Positions 44,928-58,800 of a stretch of DNA of 64,000 nucleotides are shown one piece after another (position 1 is the first letter of the stretch; the number at the start of each line of letters is the position of its first letter). A program made the position numbers and the translations under genes. The stretch is from the NCBI GenBank assembly GCA_964019425.1, contig OZ025783.1, positions 1,612,001 through 1,676,000 on the forward strand, in the 5' to 3' direction. Below the pieces are notes generated by a model. That model had not been told where the DNA came from, ran no database searches, and was given only the letters and a program-made list of their open reading frames with translations. The stretch is from Flectonema sp. DT1601 (lineage: Eukaryota).

Positions 44928-46177
44928 ATGATGAGCGTTGGAAAACAACGAGGGCCGCACCTCGCGGTCTGGATGGGTTCTATAGTTGTAATGACCCTAT
45001 TCGTGATATTTACATCAGAACAGAATCGAAAAGTAATCTCAAAGAACAGTGAAGCGATGGCTGAGATGAAAGAAGAAATATCTAGATTAAAGAAAGAACA
45101 ACACATGGCAAAGGTAGAAACTGTATTGAGAGAACTCAGAGATGAACTTCACAGAGAAGGCAAATCAAATGAAGATGACAATAATCGCAAGGATCACTTT
45201 GTTAATATCGACAGCGGCGCTGAAGCCACAGAAGATACTTTTCTGACTCTTACATCTTACGAGCAACCAACTGCCAGGTGGGGTGCAGAACATCCTGAAT
45301 TCGTAGCTGACCTCTTAAAGAAGTATACAGCTGAAGACCAAGACCTCAGAAAGCTCCAAACACCAATCCACAGAGTTTTGGACTACATCATGGTTAGAGA
45401 CTGTGAAATAAAAAAAGGAGGTAAACGAGGATGCATCGACGGGTTCGTCTTACCAGAGCAAGCAGAAAAATACTACGACTGGACTACTGATTGGGCAGCA
45501 CCAGACTCACCAACTCTGTGTGAGACAGGTTTTAATGCTGGGCACTCTGCAGTGACATTCTTACTTGCGAAACCTGGTTTGAAAATGAACTCTTTTGATT
45601 TATTTATTCAAGCCTACTCCCCTGCTTGCTATGAGTATATCAGAGCTGTTTTCGGAGAAGACAGAATGACAGTACACAAAGGAGACAGTCACAAATCTTT
45701 GGGTAAACTTGGAAAGGTTCCTTCTGATTCAAGACTTCATTGCGATGCTGTTTCTGTTGATGGAGCTCACTCGTTTAGTGCTTGTTTAAAAGACGTTGAA
45801 GGACTTGGTAACCTGATCTTCAAAAAGAACACACCAATCCTTATGGATGACACAGCTGATGGTTTTGAGGTTTGTAATTTATTTCATTTATTGAGTTGTT
45901 TTTCTTTTATCTAATTAATTCAAACAACTCAGATGAATGGAGGACCTGCTGAAGTCTGGAGAAAACTTAAAAAGGAGAACCGATTACTCCAAACAAAGTA
46001 TGTTATAATTTTATCTACTAGCACCTTCTTTATTAGTGTATAAATAACAGTTTGAATATATAACAAAACAGATGCGTTCCTCTTGGAGTAGTACAGCAGT
46101 GGAAGAGAGGAAGCAAAGCCAAACCGAGAGGCTTCTGCATCGGTGAGTTAAATCCTGGCATTTCGGTGTTTGAGTAA
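44928..46177 (+). CDS. Type II membrane class I SAM-dependent methyltransferase (Methyltransf_24-like); introns 45870-45932, 45998-46071
   Basis: N-terminal TM and coiled stem, CETGFNAGHSA, SFD, GDS, VSVDGAHS, ILMDD. Confidence 0.8.
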
Positions 46178-46733
46178 ATCATTATAGCTTAGTAGTATAG
46201 AAGAATATTTCATCGTCAGGTTGGTGTTAATAGTCCTGCCGGGCACATCGTTCGTGGCTTGTTGACGTTAATGCTCTACTACCTGACTTATTAAATACCA
46301 ATAGAGATCACGGTAAGGTTAATACCAACTTTTAATTAGGTTTCCGCTATTGCACAAAACAAAAAGACGAACAATGCTCTTCTTTTATTTTTGAATGCAT
46401 TTCGTATCCAAAAAAAACTAATTCAAAAAAAAAAAAAAAATATAATTTAATTTGTTTTGATAAACGAAAGTGTCGTCCTACCAGACGGAGCTTGTCGTTC
46501 ATCAGTTCTAGTCTGTTTCTCTAAGTCTTTATTTAATTAGGTTTATTGAAATATACTAACAAATCTTAAGCCGTAATACTAATACTCGTGACTGTGACTA
46601 CTTTGAAATTACTTTATTACAATTCAAAACATCATTATGAAGTATAACAAATAGTAGTTTAACGAGAATATACGTAAACAGGTAGTCTTTCTTGTTATTA
46701 CAACCCCAATTCATAGATTCATCCATTAACATA

Positions 46734-47627
46734 ATGAGTGTCGGTAAAATCTATAGCAGTGGTGATTGGTGGGTTTGGGACGGAGAACGTTTTGAGAAGG
46801 AGTGCGGGTCATCAAATGAGAAATTTACATTTGATGGATCTACGTGGAGGGGATGGGGAGGAGGTTCACAATACACCTGGACTGGGTCAGAGATGAGACC
46901 TGATTTTGAAAACATGAAAAAAGGAATATACGTGACAGGTGGGATATTCAGACCTTCGATGGGAGGAAACGATCACTCCTGGGATCTGATTGGCAGCATG
47001 CTAAAGTCAAATTCCCGTTCCATAACTTGGGAGATATCAGGTAACGTACCTGATGCTGTTATTGCAGGTTTTATTGTATCAATATTAAACAAAGATGTTG
47101 ATTGGGATTCTAACAATGAGACTCCAGGACAGGATGATGCTGATGCTGAAGACACAGGATTCTCTTCAGATCTGATGGATGCTTTTGAGAAAGCCTGGCC
47201 AAAACCTCTGGGGACTGTTAATGCTCCGATGATTGATCACTTACATGATTTATCAATTTATCCACACACGCCAGCTATTAATAAGACTTACAACTGTGGA
47301 TGGTGTTTGAAAGATATTCCAAAGAAAACTGAAAAGTTTCTTCACTGTCGCAGCTGTGATCACAGCGTCTGCAATACTTGTACTCCACTAGCAACTATCC
47401 CAATTCGTCATCTGTGTCACGAACACGATATGTACACTGTAGTTGAGACGTTAGAGATTACTTCTAACACCAAGCCGTGTACCTCTTGTCAATCACAGGT
47501 TAAGTCAGGACAGGCAGGTGCAACCTGCCTAAAGTGTAGAAAGTTCTTCTGTGAAAAGTGTTTACCAAAGAAACCTCCACTTGATGCAGTTGTCAAAGAA
47601 GGTGATGGTTGTTGTTCTCTTCAGTAG
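46734..47627 (+). CDS. Trp/Gly-rich beta domain plus C1/DC1-like Zn domains, C-terminal CaaX (CCSLQ)
   Basis: HPH/HEH...CxxC...CxxC...CxxC pattern twice; ends GCCSLQ. Confidence 0.75.
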   Translation: MSVGKIYSSGDWWVWDGERFEKECGSSNEKFTFDGSTWRGWGGGSQYTWTGSEMRPDFENMKKGIYVTGGIFRPSMGGNDHSWDLIGSMLKSNSRSITWEISGNVPDAVIAGFIVSILNKDVDWDSNNETPGQDDADAEDTGFSSDLMDAFEKAWPKPLGTVNAPMIDHLHDLSIYPHTPAINKTYNCGWCLKDIPKKTEKFLHCRSCDHSVCNTCTPLATIPIRHLCHEHDMYTVVETLEITSNTKPCTSCQSQVKSGQAGATCLKCRKFFCEKCLPKKPPLDAVVKEGDGCCSLQ

Positions 47628-48155
47628 TTTTTTTTTATATGTTTAATTTTATAACTGAAATCTGAACTTTGATACTTCAATGAAGTACTTTATTCTTAAG
47701 TAAGTTGTCATCAAGCCCCACCTTCCAGTTCATTATTCTCTCATAGCAGTTTTTGTTCTGTTTCCCTCTCCCTGATTGTTATAGGTTATTCGTTTACTTA
47801 ATTTCTCTTTAGAATGGTTTCTTTGCTGTTCTTTCAATTGCAGAGTCAGCAGTACTTTCCTTTTCATTGGAATTCGTTATCACCTCGTCCGTGATGAGGA
47901 TTGAAAATTCGAACTAAGCCTCTCCAAATTTGACTAAACTGCTCCTAGCACTCCCAGATCGGCAATGTTCGCCGGAGAACGTTGTAGTTTGGTCATTTTT
48001 TTTCTTTTCTTTTTTGTTCCCTCTGTGCCCTATTGGGCTTTCGAATTTGAGTTCGAGCAACCACTTGTTAAGTGCAGTTCGAAACAACATTTCTGCCTCA
48101 CCTTCACTGCGATATTATCATCGTTTTTAACCTCTTCAGCTAACACACACATACT

Positions 48156-50188
48156 ATGAGCCTGGGTTCTCCTGGGCTAGGACCTAAGAAGCATACAACA
48201 GGTCTACTAAGCAGATTTAGAAAGAACAACAAAAAAGATCTTAAAAAGTTAGTTAAAGATAGCGGTGATCCAGTATTTCAAGGATATTTAAAGAAGTACA
48301 AAGAGAAGGAAGCAGAATGGAAAAGCAGGTGGGTTGAGATTCGTGGAGGATACATCATGTGGACATCATCAAAAGGAGGAGGTAGAGCTGACTACAAGGA
48401 TTATGTTGATTTAAAAGGTGCCAGGCTAATTGACGAGGCAAGTATGAATGGGCTTGACGCACTTGATCAAAAACCACAAAGAGCAGCAGCTGTCGTATAT
48501 TCCGTTGAGAAGGGAAAAACTAAAAATCTTGGAACATTAAAAGAAAAGAGCGCCCTCTCACGAGAGTACTCATGGCGTGTTATCCCTCGTAATGGACCTT
48601 CTCATATATTCGCTGCTGAGGGTGATGATCAAAAGGAGGAATGGTGGAAAAACATTCTCAAATGCATCCACCAAACCCCAGGCCCTGCTGGTTTTTCTAG
48701 CAAACCAACAGGAAGACCAGTTCTTGAAGATATTCCTCTCTTTTCAGGTGATAAACCGATTTCAATTACTAAACAACAAGTAGAATTTGATTTCCTTTCA
48801 GTTGTTGGTCGCGGTGCCTACGGTAGAGTCATTAAGGTCCGTGAGAAAGCAACAGGAAACATCTACGTTTGCAAAGTGCTTGAAAAACAAGCAATAATTA
48901 AACACAGAATGCTTAAGGAAGTTGCTAAGGAACAAGCTCTATTACAGAAAGTCGACCACACTAATATCGTTGATCTGATTTCTGCATTTCAAACACGTGA
49001 TAAGATATTTTTAGTAATGGAATTCTTAAGTGGAGGAGAACTGTTCTACCACATGACGAATGAAAAGTCAAAGAGGTATGTGTTGATTTCTGTTTCTGAT
49101 ATTATTTTTTATTTCGAATTGAGGTCAAAGTACCAAATTATCACTCAAAACAGGTTCAGTACTGACCGTTCGAGGTTTTACGCTGCTCAACTTGTTCTAG
49201 CTATTGAATACCTTCATTCTTTAAAGATAATTCATTGTGATTTAAAGGCTGAGAATTGCGTCTTAACCCGAAACGGTTACATGAAGCTGACCGATTTCGG
49301 ATTTGCAACTACAACCCACGCCAATGAGAAGATCATATCTCGTAATGGGACACCTGTTTACATGGCACCAGAAATGATTCGAGTTGATAGAGATGTAGGT
49401 TACTCATACCCAGTAGATGTTTGGAGTCTTGGTGTATTGATATATGCAATGTTGACGGGTTATTTCCCATTTCATGGTGAGACACCTGCGATTACTCTCC
49501 GTTATGTTTGTGAGCGAGATCTGGCATTCCCTCCTGATGTTGTTCTTACAGACGATGCTCGTGATCTTCTCGAGAGATGCCTCGACAAGGATCCAAAAAC
49601 TCGAATTACTTCGACTCAAATGAAAAGTCATCGGTATGTATATCACTTGTTTACTTTTGTTTATTAGATTTTGACAAAACATTAAAAAACAAAAACTCAT
49701 TTTAACAAAAAAAAAAAAAAACAGTTTCTTTAATCCAATCAACTGGAATGAACTTCTTCACAAAAGAATAACTGCTCCTTACGTACCTGAAGTAACCGGT
49801 TCTAATACGAGGTTTGTTGTTGTTATTATTATTTGTTGATTATCTTTTTTAATTGAAAATTTGAATAACATAAATAAATAAAAACAGATACTTCCCAACA
49901 TCGTATGAGAGTAAACGCGATCATCGAATTGATGCTCTCGTATCAGTTCATAGTGTTCATGGAAGGGATCCAGTTTTTAGTGGATTTCCGTTTGTGAGAA
50001 GTAGTAGCACAACAGAGAGTCAAGTTCTTGGTAACGGTGCAGTCATTCAAGCTGATAAAACTACAGATGAGGCTTATATGGAGCAGCTTTGTAATCCAAT
50101 TGTTACGCCTCAAAAACAACCTCTGCAGGCAACTCCTCCCCCACGGTTAAGTCTTCCTGACTCACACGCATCTCCGTCTCGAAAGTAA
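48156..50188 (+). CDS. PH-domain AGC Ser/Thr kinase (Akt/PKB-like); introns 49076-49153, 49634-49724, 49812-49887
   Basis: PH domain (GYLKK...WKSRW...EEWWKNI); GRGAYG, VCK, HCDLKAEN, DFG, APE; AGC tail FFNPINW...APYVP...NTRYF...FSGFPF after splicing. Confidence 0.88.
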
Positions 50189-51134
50189 GTGCAGGTTTCT
50201 AAGCCAATGCAGTCTTTTCTTTGTTTACTCCGCAGCTATTGTTGGATGACAACAAGCTTCTCTTCTCATATTTATTGATTGTCGTTGTTGTTGTTGTTGT
50301 TGTTTTTCCTTCATTTTTATTTATCTCTTTTTTTTTTTTTTTTTTTAATATATTTCTTCTAGAACACAACAGGAAGTTTGTTTGGTTTTTATTTATTTAT
50401 TTTTTTAAAAAAAAAAAAAAATAAACGTGCGTGTGCGACGTCACTCGTTTATGTTTTGTGAAGTGTCAAAAGTGGGTACTTCACTCACATGAATTGTAAT
50501 CTATCTAAAGCCGTTCGGCATGTTCTTAATCTAGTTTGTGTAACAACCTTTTCTTTTTCAAAATAAGCAATTCAGCTGATTGTGCACACAAGCAATTGTG
50601 ATCCTGCCTTTCTCTTCTTTTTGAAAAGTAGTTTTTAAAAACTGCTTTTTGTTGTGCAGAGCGATTCAGAGTTTCTTCCCCTTTTACTTGAGACAAAGCC
50701 AAATTTGAACTTGTTGCAATCGCCCTTTCAATGATTGGAGGGTGAAAAGTTGTTTCATGCAGGTGTGTTTGAAGTAGCCTGCCAAGAACGTTGTCACAAA
50801 TACCCGTTTCTTGTTATCTAATTTTGAGTACACCATTTGGGCAAAAATTAAGAGGAAAAAAAAAAAAAAAAAAGAAAGAAACTTCTGTTGCTTTTGTTCT
50901 TGGGATTGTTATCCTTTTCTTATACCTACTTGCCCCCTGTCTTACCTTTACGCCCGTGTTTTGGGCCCACATGATTAGCTTGTGTTCTAGATTGCGTGTG
51001 CCATCGTTCCCTCGCGGCCATCGTCTATAGTCTTTGTTTCATAGAAAAAAAATTGAATAGAAAAAAAAAAAAAAAAAAAAAGTTTAAAAACAGAAGAATA
51101 ACCAAAACGGAGTAAAAAAAAGTTGTGGCACCAC

Positions 51135-51165
<31 letters not shown>

Positions 51166-54100
51166 GCAAAAAAGCGCGAAATATTCATTGTTACGGTTAT
51201 ATGTTACTTATTCTCTGTGATTCTCTTCTCTTTTTTTTATTGAAGGTGCCGCATATATTTGTGGGCATAACGAATGTAAAAGTGCTGACACTTATTAAGT
51301 GGTCTGTTTACTCCTCCCTCTAATTCGCTCAGTCTGATCTGTCAAAAAATCTGTTTATCAATAGTAGTAACACTGCTGTTGAGAGACTCTGTTTGTGATT
51401 ATTTTCTTAACTGGTAACAGTGCCTGACTAGAGAATAGATAGAAAAGAAACAACTTCAATGGGGGGATAAGAATTCAGTTAACAACTGTATTAGGCAAGC
51501 CTTTTATAATGTAGTCTACTTTATTTTTATTGACAACCACTTTAATGGAGTTACGCAGCGGTGGAGAACGAATTTTTTTTCTTTTTGGTAGTTAAAAATC
51601 CTTTCAAAAAAAGTCGGGTGGTTCTGGTTAGCGGATCCCCGAGAAGATTACCTCGTCTTTCTGCGCTATTTAATCATTTTGTGTGTCAGGGACATGATTG
51701 TTGTGTTCGCTGTCTCGACTTAGAAATTTATTTATTACCATTCGGATTTCCTATACTGTTGTATTGCATGCCTTTCAGTGATTAGTAACGTTCGGTTCAC
51801 TGTTGGGATGACATGTGTTGTGCTTTTCTTGAGTTTTAAACACATTAATTCTGTGGCCCCCCCCAATAGTGCGAAAGATCCCCCAACTCCCTCACTTTAC
51901 TTCTCCTATTGCAAAAAAAACAAAAAAAAAAAAAAACACAGCAGTTGTGACAAATGTTAACAACATTTACGTAGTCATTCTCGTGTGCACAGCACGTTGT
52001 CACGGTTGTTGGTGGTGCCGCAACAGTGCTGTGTTTTTTTATTTTCATAAAACTGAATAAGAAAAAAAAAAGAAAGAATACCTTCCATTAAAAAAAAAAT
52101 GAATTTTTTTTTTTTTTTTTTTTTATTCCTTTCTTCCATCCCATCCTAGTTTTCCAGCTATTTGTTTTCTAGCTGGTTTGTAACTGTTGCGCGCTACATA
52201 TCCACATCCATGTAGCCGCGTGTACCTTATTTTCATTCTTTGAGTGTGTAGACTTTAGTGCCATTAACCTTTCGGAAACAATCTGTTTGTGTACGATGAT
52301 GAGAAAATGGTTGTTTGTTACCAAGTATTCAGGTATCTTAACTTGCAAACAGTCGGCACAGCCACAACTTTTTGTTCAATCAATGTCGTGGTATTTCTTA
52401 CATTTCTTTTTATTGCTTTTAGCTCACTAAATCCATAGCAACTAATTTCATTTTCCCCCTTTTCCAATTCCCCAAAGTAGTGTGTGAAAGAAAAATAGAA
52501 ATTCGAAACGCATTGATTGTGACTGTCAATCAAATTATAAAAAAATGAAAAAAAGAGAAAAAAAAAAGTGTTTGCAAAAATTAGAAATCTTTTTTTTTTT
52601 TGCGAGCTTTTATCTTCGACGAAAATGTAGTCAGCGCCGATCTATTTATTGCATCCTTTTTAGGGTGAACTGATATCGATAAGCTGAGTTGCAGAATTTT
52701 ACAAATATAGTTGGGATTCAACTATGCCAAGTGAGTCCCATAGCGACAAATTATGAGATGAAATCTCACAGCTATTTAACTCTTCATGTGTATCCACTTT
52801 ACCGTCGCTCCCATTCTGTCTTGCCGTTAGTTTGTTACACCAGTCCCGCTAATTGCTGTGTTTTTTACCCCTTCTCCTCACCCTTTTTTCGAACGCAACA
52901 TTATATAAAGGGGGTCTCAGTTGACTCCGGTGACATAGCAAAAAGACATTTAATAAATAATAATAAAAAAAAGCTGTACTGGCAACTGTTTATTCTCAAT
53001 TCATCCCCTCATGAAATACATTATAGCTGTGTGTCAAAGTTTGGCACGAAAAAAACCGACGGATAATAATTACGAAAAAGTCTGAAGAAAAGAGCAAAAA
53101 GAAGGGGAAAAAATACAGTTATTGGGTCTTATTTAAAGTTCTATTTCTTCAGAGCATTTAGTGAATTGTGTCGGGATTCTTGAAATCTGATAAAGACACC
53201 TTCCGAAACCGAAATAATGTGATGCTCAAAGGCATTTTTTTTTTTTTTTTTTTTTTTTTTTGTTCGTATTTCGTTTTGCGAATGAGCCTCGTGCTAATTC
53301 GTAAATCCCCAAAAAAAAAAAAAAAAAAAAAAAAGGAAAGGAAAGGAAAGGAAGAAACAAAGAACAGGGTAATAATATTATAACATTCCAATGACAACAC
53401 ACCTTAACACCCTACCCCATTTTATAATTGTTAGTTAGTTCACATCACCTGTGGTGGTTCTTGCATTTCAAAAAAAAAAAAAAAAAAGTGGAACAAAAAA
53501 ACCCTGTTTCAACACAATTATTTAGAAAACCTAATTTTCTGCACAAGTCGAAATAGCAAGTGCACAAAAATCCATTAGGCAAAAAGGTTGTAAAAGTAAT
53601 TGTGTTGAGATGGCGGTTATTTCCACACAAAAAAAAAAAAAAAAAAAAAAAAAAAATTAAATAAATAAATAAATAAAGTTTTTTATTATTGTTTTACAGA
53701 TTTCGATAATTTTTTCCTTTTCTTCTTTTTGGATTCCGTTAACACATGCTGTTGGAAAGCAGTTCTTTTGATGTTGTTGAGAGTGACAAGCAAGGATTGC
53801 AGGATGGTTGCAATATACTCAAATTGATATTTGTGTGTTCCAACGACATCCTTGGGGGGGAAAAAAAAAAAAAAAAAAAAAGTTTTCCCAGAGCTTCTCT
53901 CATGGAAAATAGTGATAAATGAGAAGATCGTGTTTTACTTTTGTACCTTCTTATGCAGTGTCATTGTTTTTACGTTACTTAGCTAATTGTGGTAATAAAA
54001 AAGAAATAAATTATTGACGCGTGACGTTCTTCGGTAAGTAACCATTGATACTGTTCATAAATAAGTTGTTCATTGTAAAACGAATCGAATGTTAAAAGCA

Positions 54101-54543
54101 GATCTCAGGATTATAAATGTCGATAACCATTTGATTCCCTTCGACCTTCTTATGATGATTGTTGGTGTTTGAGCTAAGCGTCGGATTCTTGCAATTCTAT
54201 TTTTCTAATTATTAGTAGTCTTTGAGGTTTAAAAAAAGACTGTTTTACCACAACTTCACACACACACAAAACACACGCCCCCCATTTGTGTTGCCTATTT
54301 TTATTTGCTGCAATTCTGCTATTTCGCTACTTCTGGTTGTTTGTTTTTTTTGTTTTTTTTTTTTTGCGAAAAACAGTCGGTTTCTTTTAATAATTGAATC
54401 CGATTTCTTTATTCTTAACAGGAAACTTATGAGATGGAGTCGGGGAAAAAAAAAAAAAAAAAAAAATTAAAGTGTATTTTTGTTTTATGTTTCTTCACAT
54501 TTCTACTTTCCAACAGGACCATCAGTTGGGTGTTTGGCTGCAG

Positions 54544-55650
54544 ATGCCTACTTGTGAGGGTTTGCTGTCGCGTGTTTTCACTTATTCATCAAAATTGATT
54601 TTCTTTGATGTGTTTACGGAACAAAGTACAACAATCCTCTGCTCACTCGGGTGTGGATATGAATACGATAAATATAATGAATTAGATCAGATCCGCTTGG
54701 GAGAGATCGCGAGGCAATTCCAAGTTGGAGACACCGTCAACGTAACATACAAAGAGGTTAATGGTCAAACTAATCACATGACACTTATACGAAAACTTCA
54801 TTCGGGAAACGGAGAGCTACCCAAAGACATAAAACAAAAAGCTGCTGCCAGCAGTGCATCTCATCATCAGAGAGGTGGTACTGGAAGCAAGACTAAAGAA
54901 ACGAGGAAACCAGTTGGGAAATGGTGCAAGTATTGGGTGAATTCAAAAAGCTGTCCAATTCAGAATTGCAAACAGGAACACCCGACGGGGGACGCTTTGA
55001 AAACTGCCAGACAAGAGTGGGCTGCTGACAGAGCAACGAGACGAGCTGCAGAAGCAAAGCGACGTGCTCAACTTACTGGTGAAGATCCGAATCAAGCAGC
55101 AGATGGTCTTAAGCGACCAAAGAGAGAAAGAGCGACTATGTTTTGTGATTGGGTTCTTAAGAACTTTGATATCCCAAACTCAACAGTTGTTCCTATTTTA
55201 GATATTGCTGGTGGTAAAGGAGACGTCACAGAGTACTTTACAAACAAAGGAATAGCCAGCCTGATTATTGATCCTCGACAATGTGAACACAAACTACCTC
55301 AAATAACGAAATGCTTTGATGACGACTTCATCACAAATCCTGATCACTCGTCTCTTGTAAAAGAAACGCCACTCGTTCTCGGTATGCATCCTGACCAGGC
55401 GACTGAATCCATTGTTGACTTCGCGCTATTACATAAGAAACCATTCGCAATAGTACCGTGTTGTATATTCTTAAGGGAATTAGGTTCTCATCGATTCGAT
55501 GCTAATCAGAAACTCGTTACTACATACGAACAATTCGTTGACTACCTTCAAAATAAGCACCCGAAGATTAAAAGAGACTTTCTGGGGTTCAGAGGTCGGA
55601 ATATGATATTATCTCTTTTTAACTACACAGACGAGTCTACAGTACCTTGA
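54544..55650 (+). CDS. OB-fold-like + CCCH zinc finger + SAM-dependent methyltransferase (probably RNA-modifying)
   Basis: CKYWVNSKSCPIQNCKQEH; LDIAGGKG, IDPR, GMHPDQATE, PFAIVPCC. Confidence 0.75.
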   Translation: MPTCEGLLSRVFTYSSKLIFFDVFTEQSTTILCSLGCGYEYDKYNELDQIRLGEIARQFQVGDTVNVTYKEVNGQTNHMTLIRKLHSGNGELPKDIKQKAAASSASHHQRGGTGSKTKETRKPVGKWCKYWVNSKSCPIQNCKQEHPTGDALKTARQEWAADRATRRAAEAKRRAQLTGEDPNQAADGLKRPKRERATMFCDWVLKNFDIPNSTVVPILDIAGGKGDVTEYFTNKGIASLIIDPRQCEHKLPQITKCFDDDFITNPDHSSLVKETPLVLGMHPDQATESIVDFALLHKKPFAIVPCCIFLRELGSHRFDANQKLVTTYEQFVDYLQNKHPKIKRDFLGFRGRNMILSLFNYTDESTVP

Positions 55651-55815
55651 GATGTGTTCTCACTGTGGTTTACTTTATTTGGTTCATCAGAAACTTATTT
55701 TCATTATTATCGCATCTACAAACTACATGTGTAGCTGAATAGCCGTCAAGAAATGTATTTAAGGTTAGTTAGCTGCTGTGATCTTTATTTTATTTAGTCC
55801 GCAGTAACTAATAAT

Positions 55816-58800
55816 ATGCGACTTCGAGGATACTTGTTTGGGATTTCCTTATGGATGCTCACTGGGAGTGCGACAGCACAACAGCAACAGTGTAGTCCAA
55901 TAACAGTTGAGGCTGACTGTTTAAAGAATAAATGTGACTGGGACTCAACCAGTCGTATCTGCAGCACAGTCTGCAGGCCACTTGTAGAAAGGGATTGCTT
56001 GACTGCAGCTGACTGTAAGTGGGATGGAATCGGATGCTCAAATAACATTCCAGCGATGACAAACTTCTGCAGTCAGTTTGATGCGAAAACCTGCGTAGCT
56101 CCAGACTGCTACTGGGACTCTACAAATAAATTCTGTAAGATGTCCTGTATGATGTACTTCACGGACTCTGACTGTAATAAAGAACCACAATGTATGTGGG
56201 ACATGAAACAATGTATCGATAGGAACCCTTCTACTGGTGGTCCTACTTGCTCTAATGCTGGTTCTATAACAGACTGTACTCTTATGAATGGATGTACTTG
56301 GGATGGTAAATCTTGTATTCCAATTCAAACAATAAATAATGATCCTTGTTTCAATACTTCCAGAGCATCATGTTCATTACCAGACTGTCAGTGGCATGAT
56401 AGTACAAGTGAGTGTTATTCAATGTGTATGTTTGTTAGTATTGAAAGTACTTGTGCTCTGAACCCGTTTTGTGTTTGGGATCCGTCAAAGACGTTGTGTA
56501 ATAAAATGAGTAGTAGTAGCTGTGGAGGTCTTTCTCGTAATGACTGCAATCAACAACCTAATTGTAATTGGAATAGTAATGGATGTTCTTCAGCAACTTC
56601 AGTTTTATGTTCAAATATCTCTGACTTGCTGAATTGTAACCAACGTTCAGACTGTCAGTGGGATGCTGTCAGCAACAGTTGTATTATTACAGAGGTTTGT
56701 ATTTATTATTTTGTTTCTAAAGAAATTGTTTACGAAGTTCTGGTTAATCATCATCACAAATACCACAAACAGTGTTCGATGCTTTCACTCCCAGAATGCG
56801 CTCAGAAACCAACACAGTGCACTATGATTTCTGGTAAGTGTGCTGCTATTTGTTCAAACTTATCTGATGTTAATTGCGGTAAGAATATTGACTGCGATTG
56901 GAATCAAATGACACAAGTCTGTAGTAATAAAATGATTTCATGCAACTCCTTAGGACAGAACGAATGCCAGAATGCAATGCAGTGCATGTGGGATGCCAAC
57001 ACCAACAGCTGCAACGACTACACCACTCCAGTTGTTTGTTATTTCTTATTAATGAGCGACTGTAATTTAAACACTGACTGCGATTGGGATCAATCGATTC
57101 AGATGTGTATGGATAAGAAGGTTGCATGTAGTTCATTGAGAGAGACTGAGTGCATGAAGAAACCTTTACAGTGCATGTGGGACATCAATACCAAGAGCTG
57201 TGCGGATTTAGCAATCGGTCCAGTTTCATGTTACGGTTTATCAATGGGTGACTGCTCACAGAATAAAAGTTGTGATTGGGAACCAACAATGCAGATGTGT
57301 ATGGATAAGAAGGTTGCATGTAGTTCATTGAGAGAGACTGAGTGCATGCAGAAACCTTTACAGTGCATGTGGGATATCAATACCAAGAGCTGTACAGACT
57401 CAGCAATCGGTCCAGTTTCATGTTACGGTTTATCAATGGGTGACTGCTCACAGAATAAAAGTTGTGATTGGGAACCAACAATGCAGATGTGCTTAGAAAA
57501 ACAAATAACATGCAGCCCTTTACAACAATTAGAGTGTATGCAGAGACCCTTGCAGTGCATGTGGGATATCAATACCAAGAGCTGTATGGACTTAGCAATC
57601 GGTCCAGTTTCATGTTACGGTTTATCAATGGGTGACTGCTCACAGAATAAAAGTTGTGATTGGGAACCAACAATGCAGATGTGTATGGATAAGAAGGTTG
57701 CATGTAGTTCATTGAGAGAGACTGAGTGCATGCAAAAACCTTTACAGTGCATGTGGGACATCAATACCAAGAGCTGTATGGACTTAGCAATCGGTCCAGT
57801 TTCATGTTACGGTTTATCAATGGGTGACTGCTCACAGAATAAAAGTTGTGATTGGGAACCAACAATGCAGATGTGCTTAGAAAAACAAATAACATGCAGC
57901 CCTTTACAACAATTAGAGTGTATGCAGAGACCCTTGCAGTGCATGTGGGATATCAATACCAAGAGCTGTATGGACTTAGCAATCGGTCCAGTTTCTTGTT
58001 ACGGTTTATCAAGGGGTGACTGCTCGCAGAATAAAAGTTGTGATTGGGATCAATCGATTCAGATGTGTATGGATAAGAAGGTTGCATGCAGTTCATTGAG
58101 AGAGACTGAGTGCATGAAGAAACCTTTACAGTGCATGTGGGATATCAATACCAAGAGCTGTGCGGACTTAGCAATCGGTCCAATTTCATGCTACGGTTTG
58201 TCAATGGGTGACTGCGCTCAAAAGAAAGACTGTAACTGGGATGCAGCAGCCCAGATGTGTATGGATAAGAAGGTTGCATGTAGTTCATTGAGAGAGACTG
58301 AGTGCATGCAAAAACCTATGCAGTGCATGTGGGACATCAATACCAAGAGCTGTATGGACTTAGCAATCGGTCCAGTTTCATGTTACGGTTTATCAAGGGG
58401 TGACTGCTCACAGAATAAAAGTTGTGATTGGGAACCAACAATGCAGATGTGTATGGATAAGAAGGTTGCATGTAGTTCATTGAGAGAGACTGAGTGCATG
58501 CAGAAACCTTTACAGTGCATGTGGGATATCAATACCAAGAGCTGCGCGGACTCAGCAATCGGTCCAGTTTCATGTTACGGTTTATCAATGGGTGACTGCT
58601 CACAGAATAAAAGTTGTGATTGGGATCAATCGCTTCAGATGTGTATGGATAAGAAGGTTGCATGTAGTTCATTGAGAGAGACTGAGTGCATGCAGAAACC
58701 TTTACAGTGCATGTGGGATATCAATACCAAGAGCTGTGCGGACTCAGCAATCGGTCCAGTTTCTTGTTACGGTTTATCAAGTGGTGACTGCTCACAGAAT

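Noticed and set aside
50221..54470. Many 60-125 aa ORFs rich in F and K, here and in other spacers
   Set aside because: Translations of poly(T)/poly(A) tracts, mostly with non-ATG starts.
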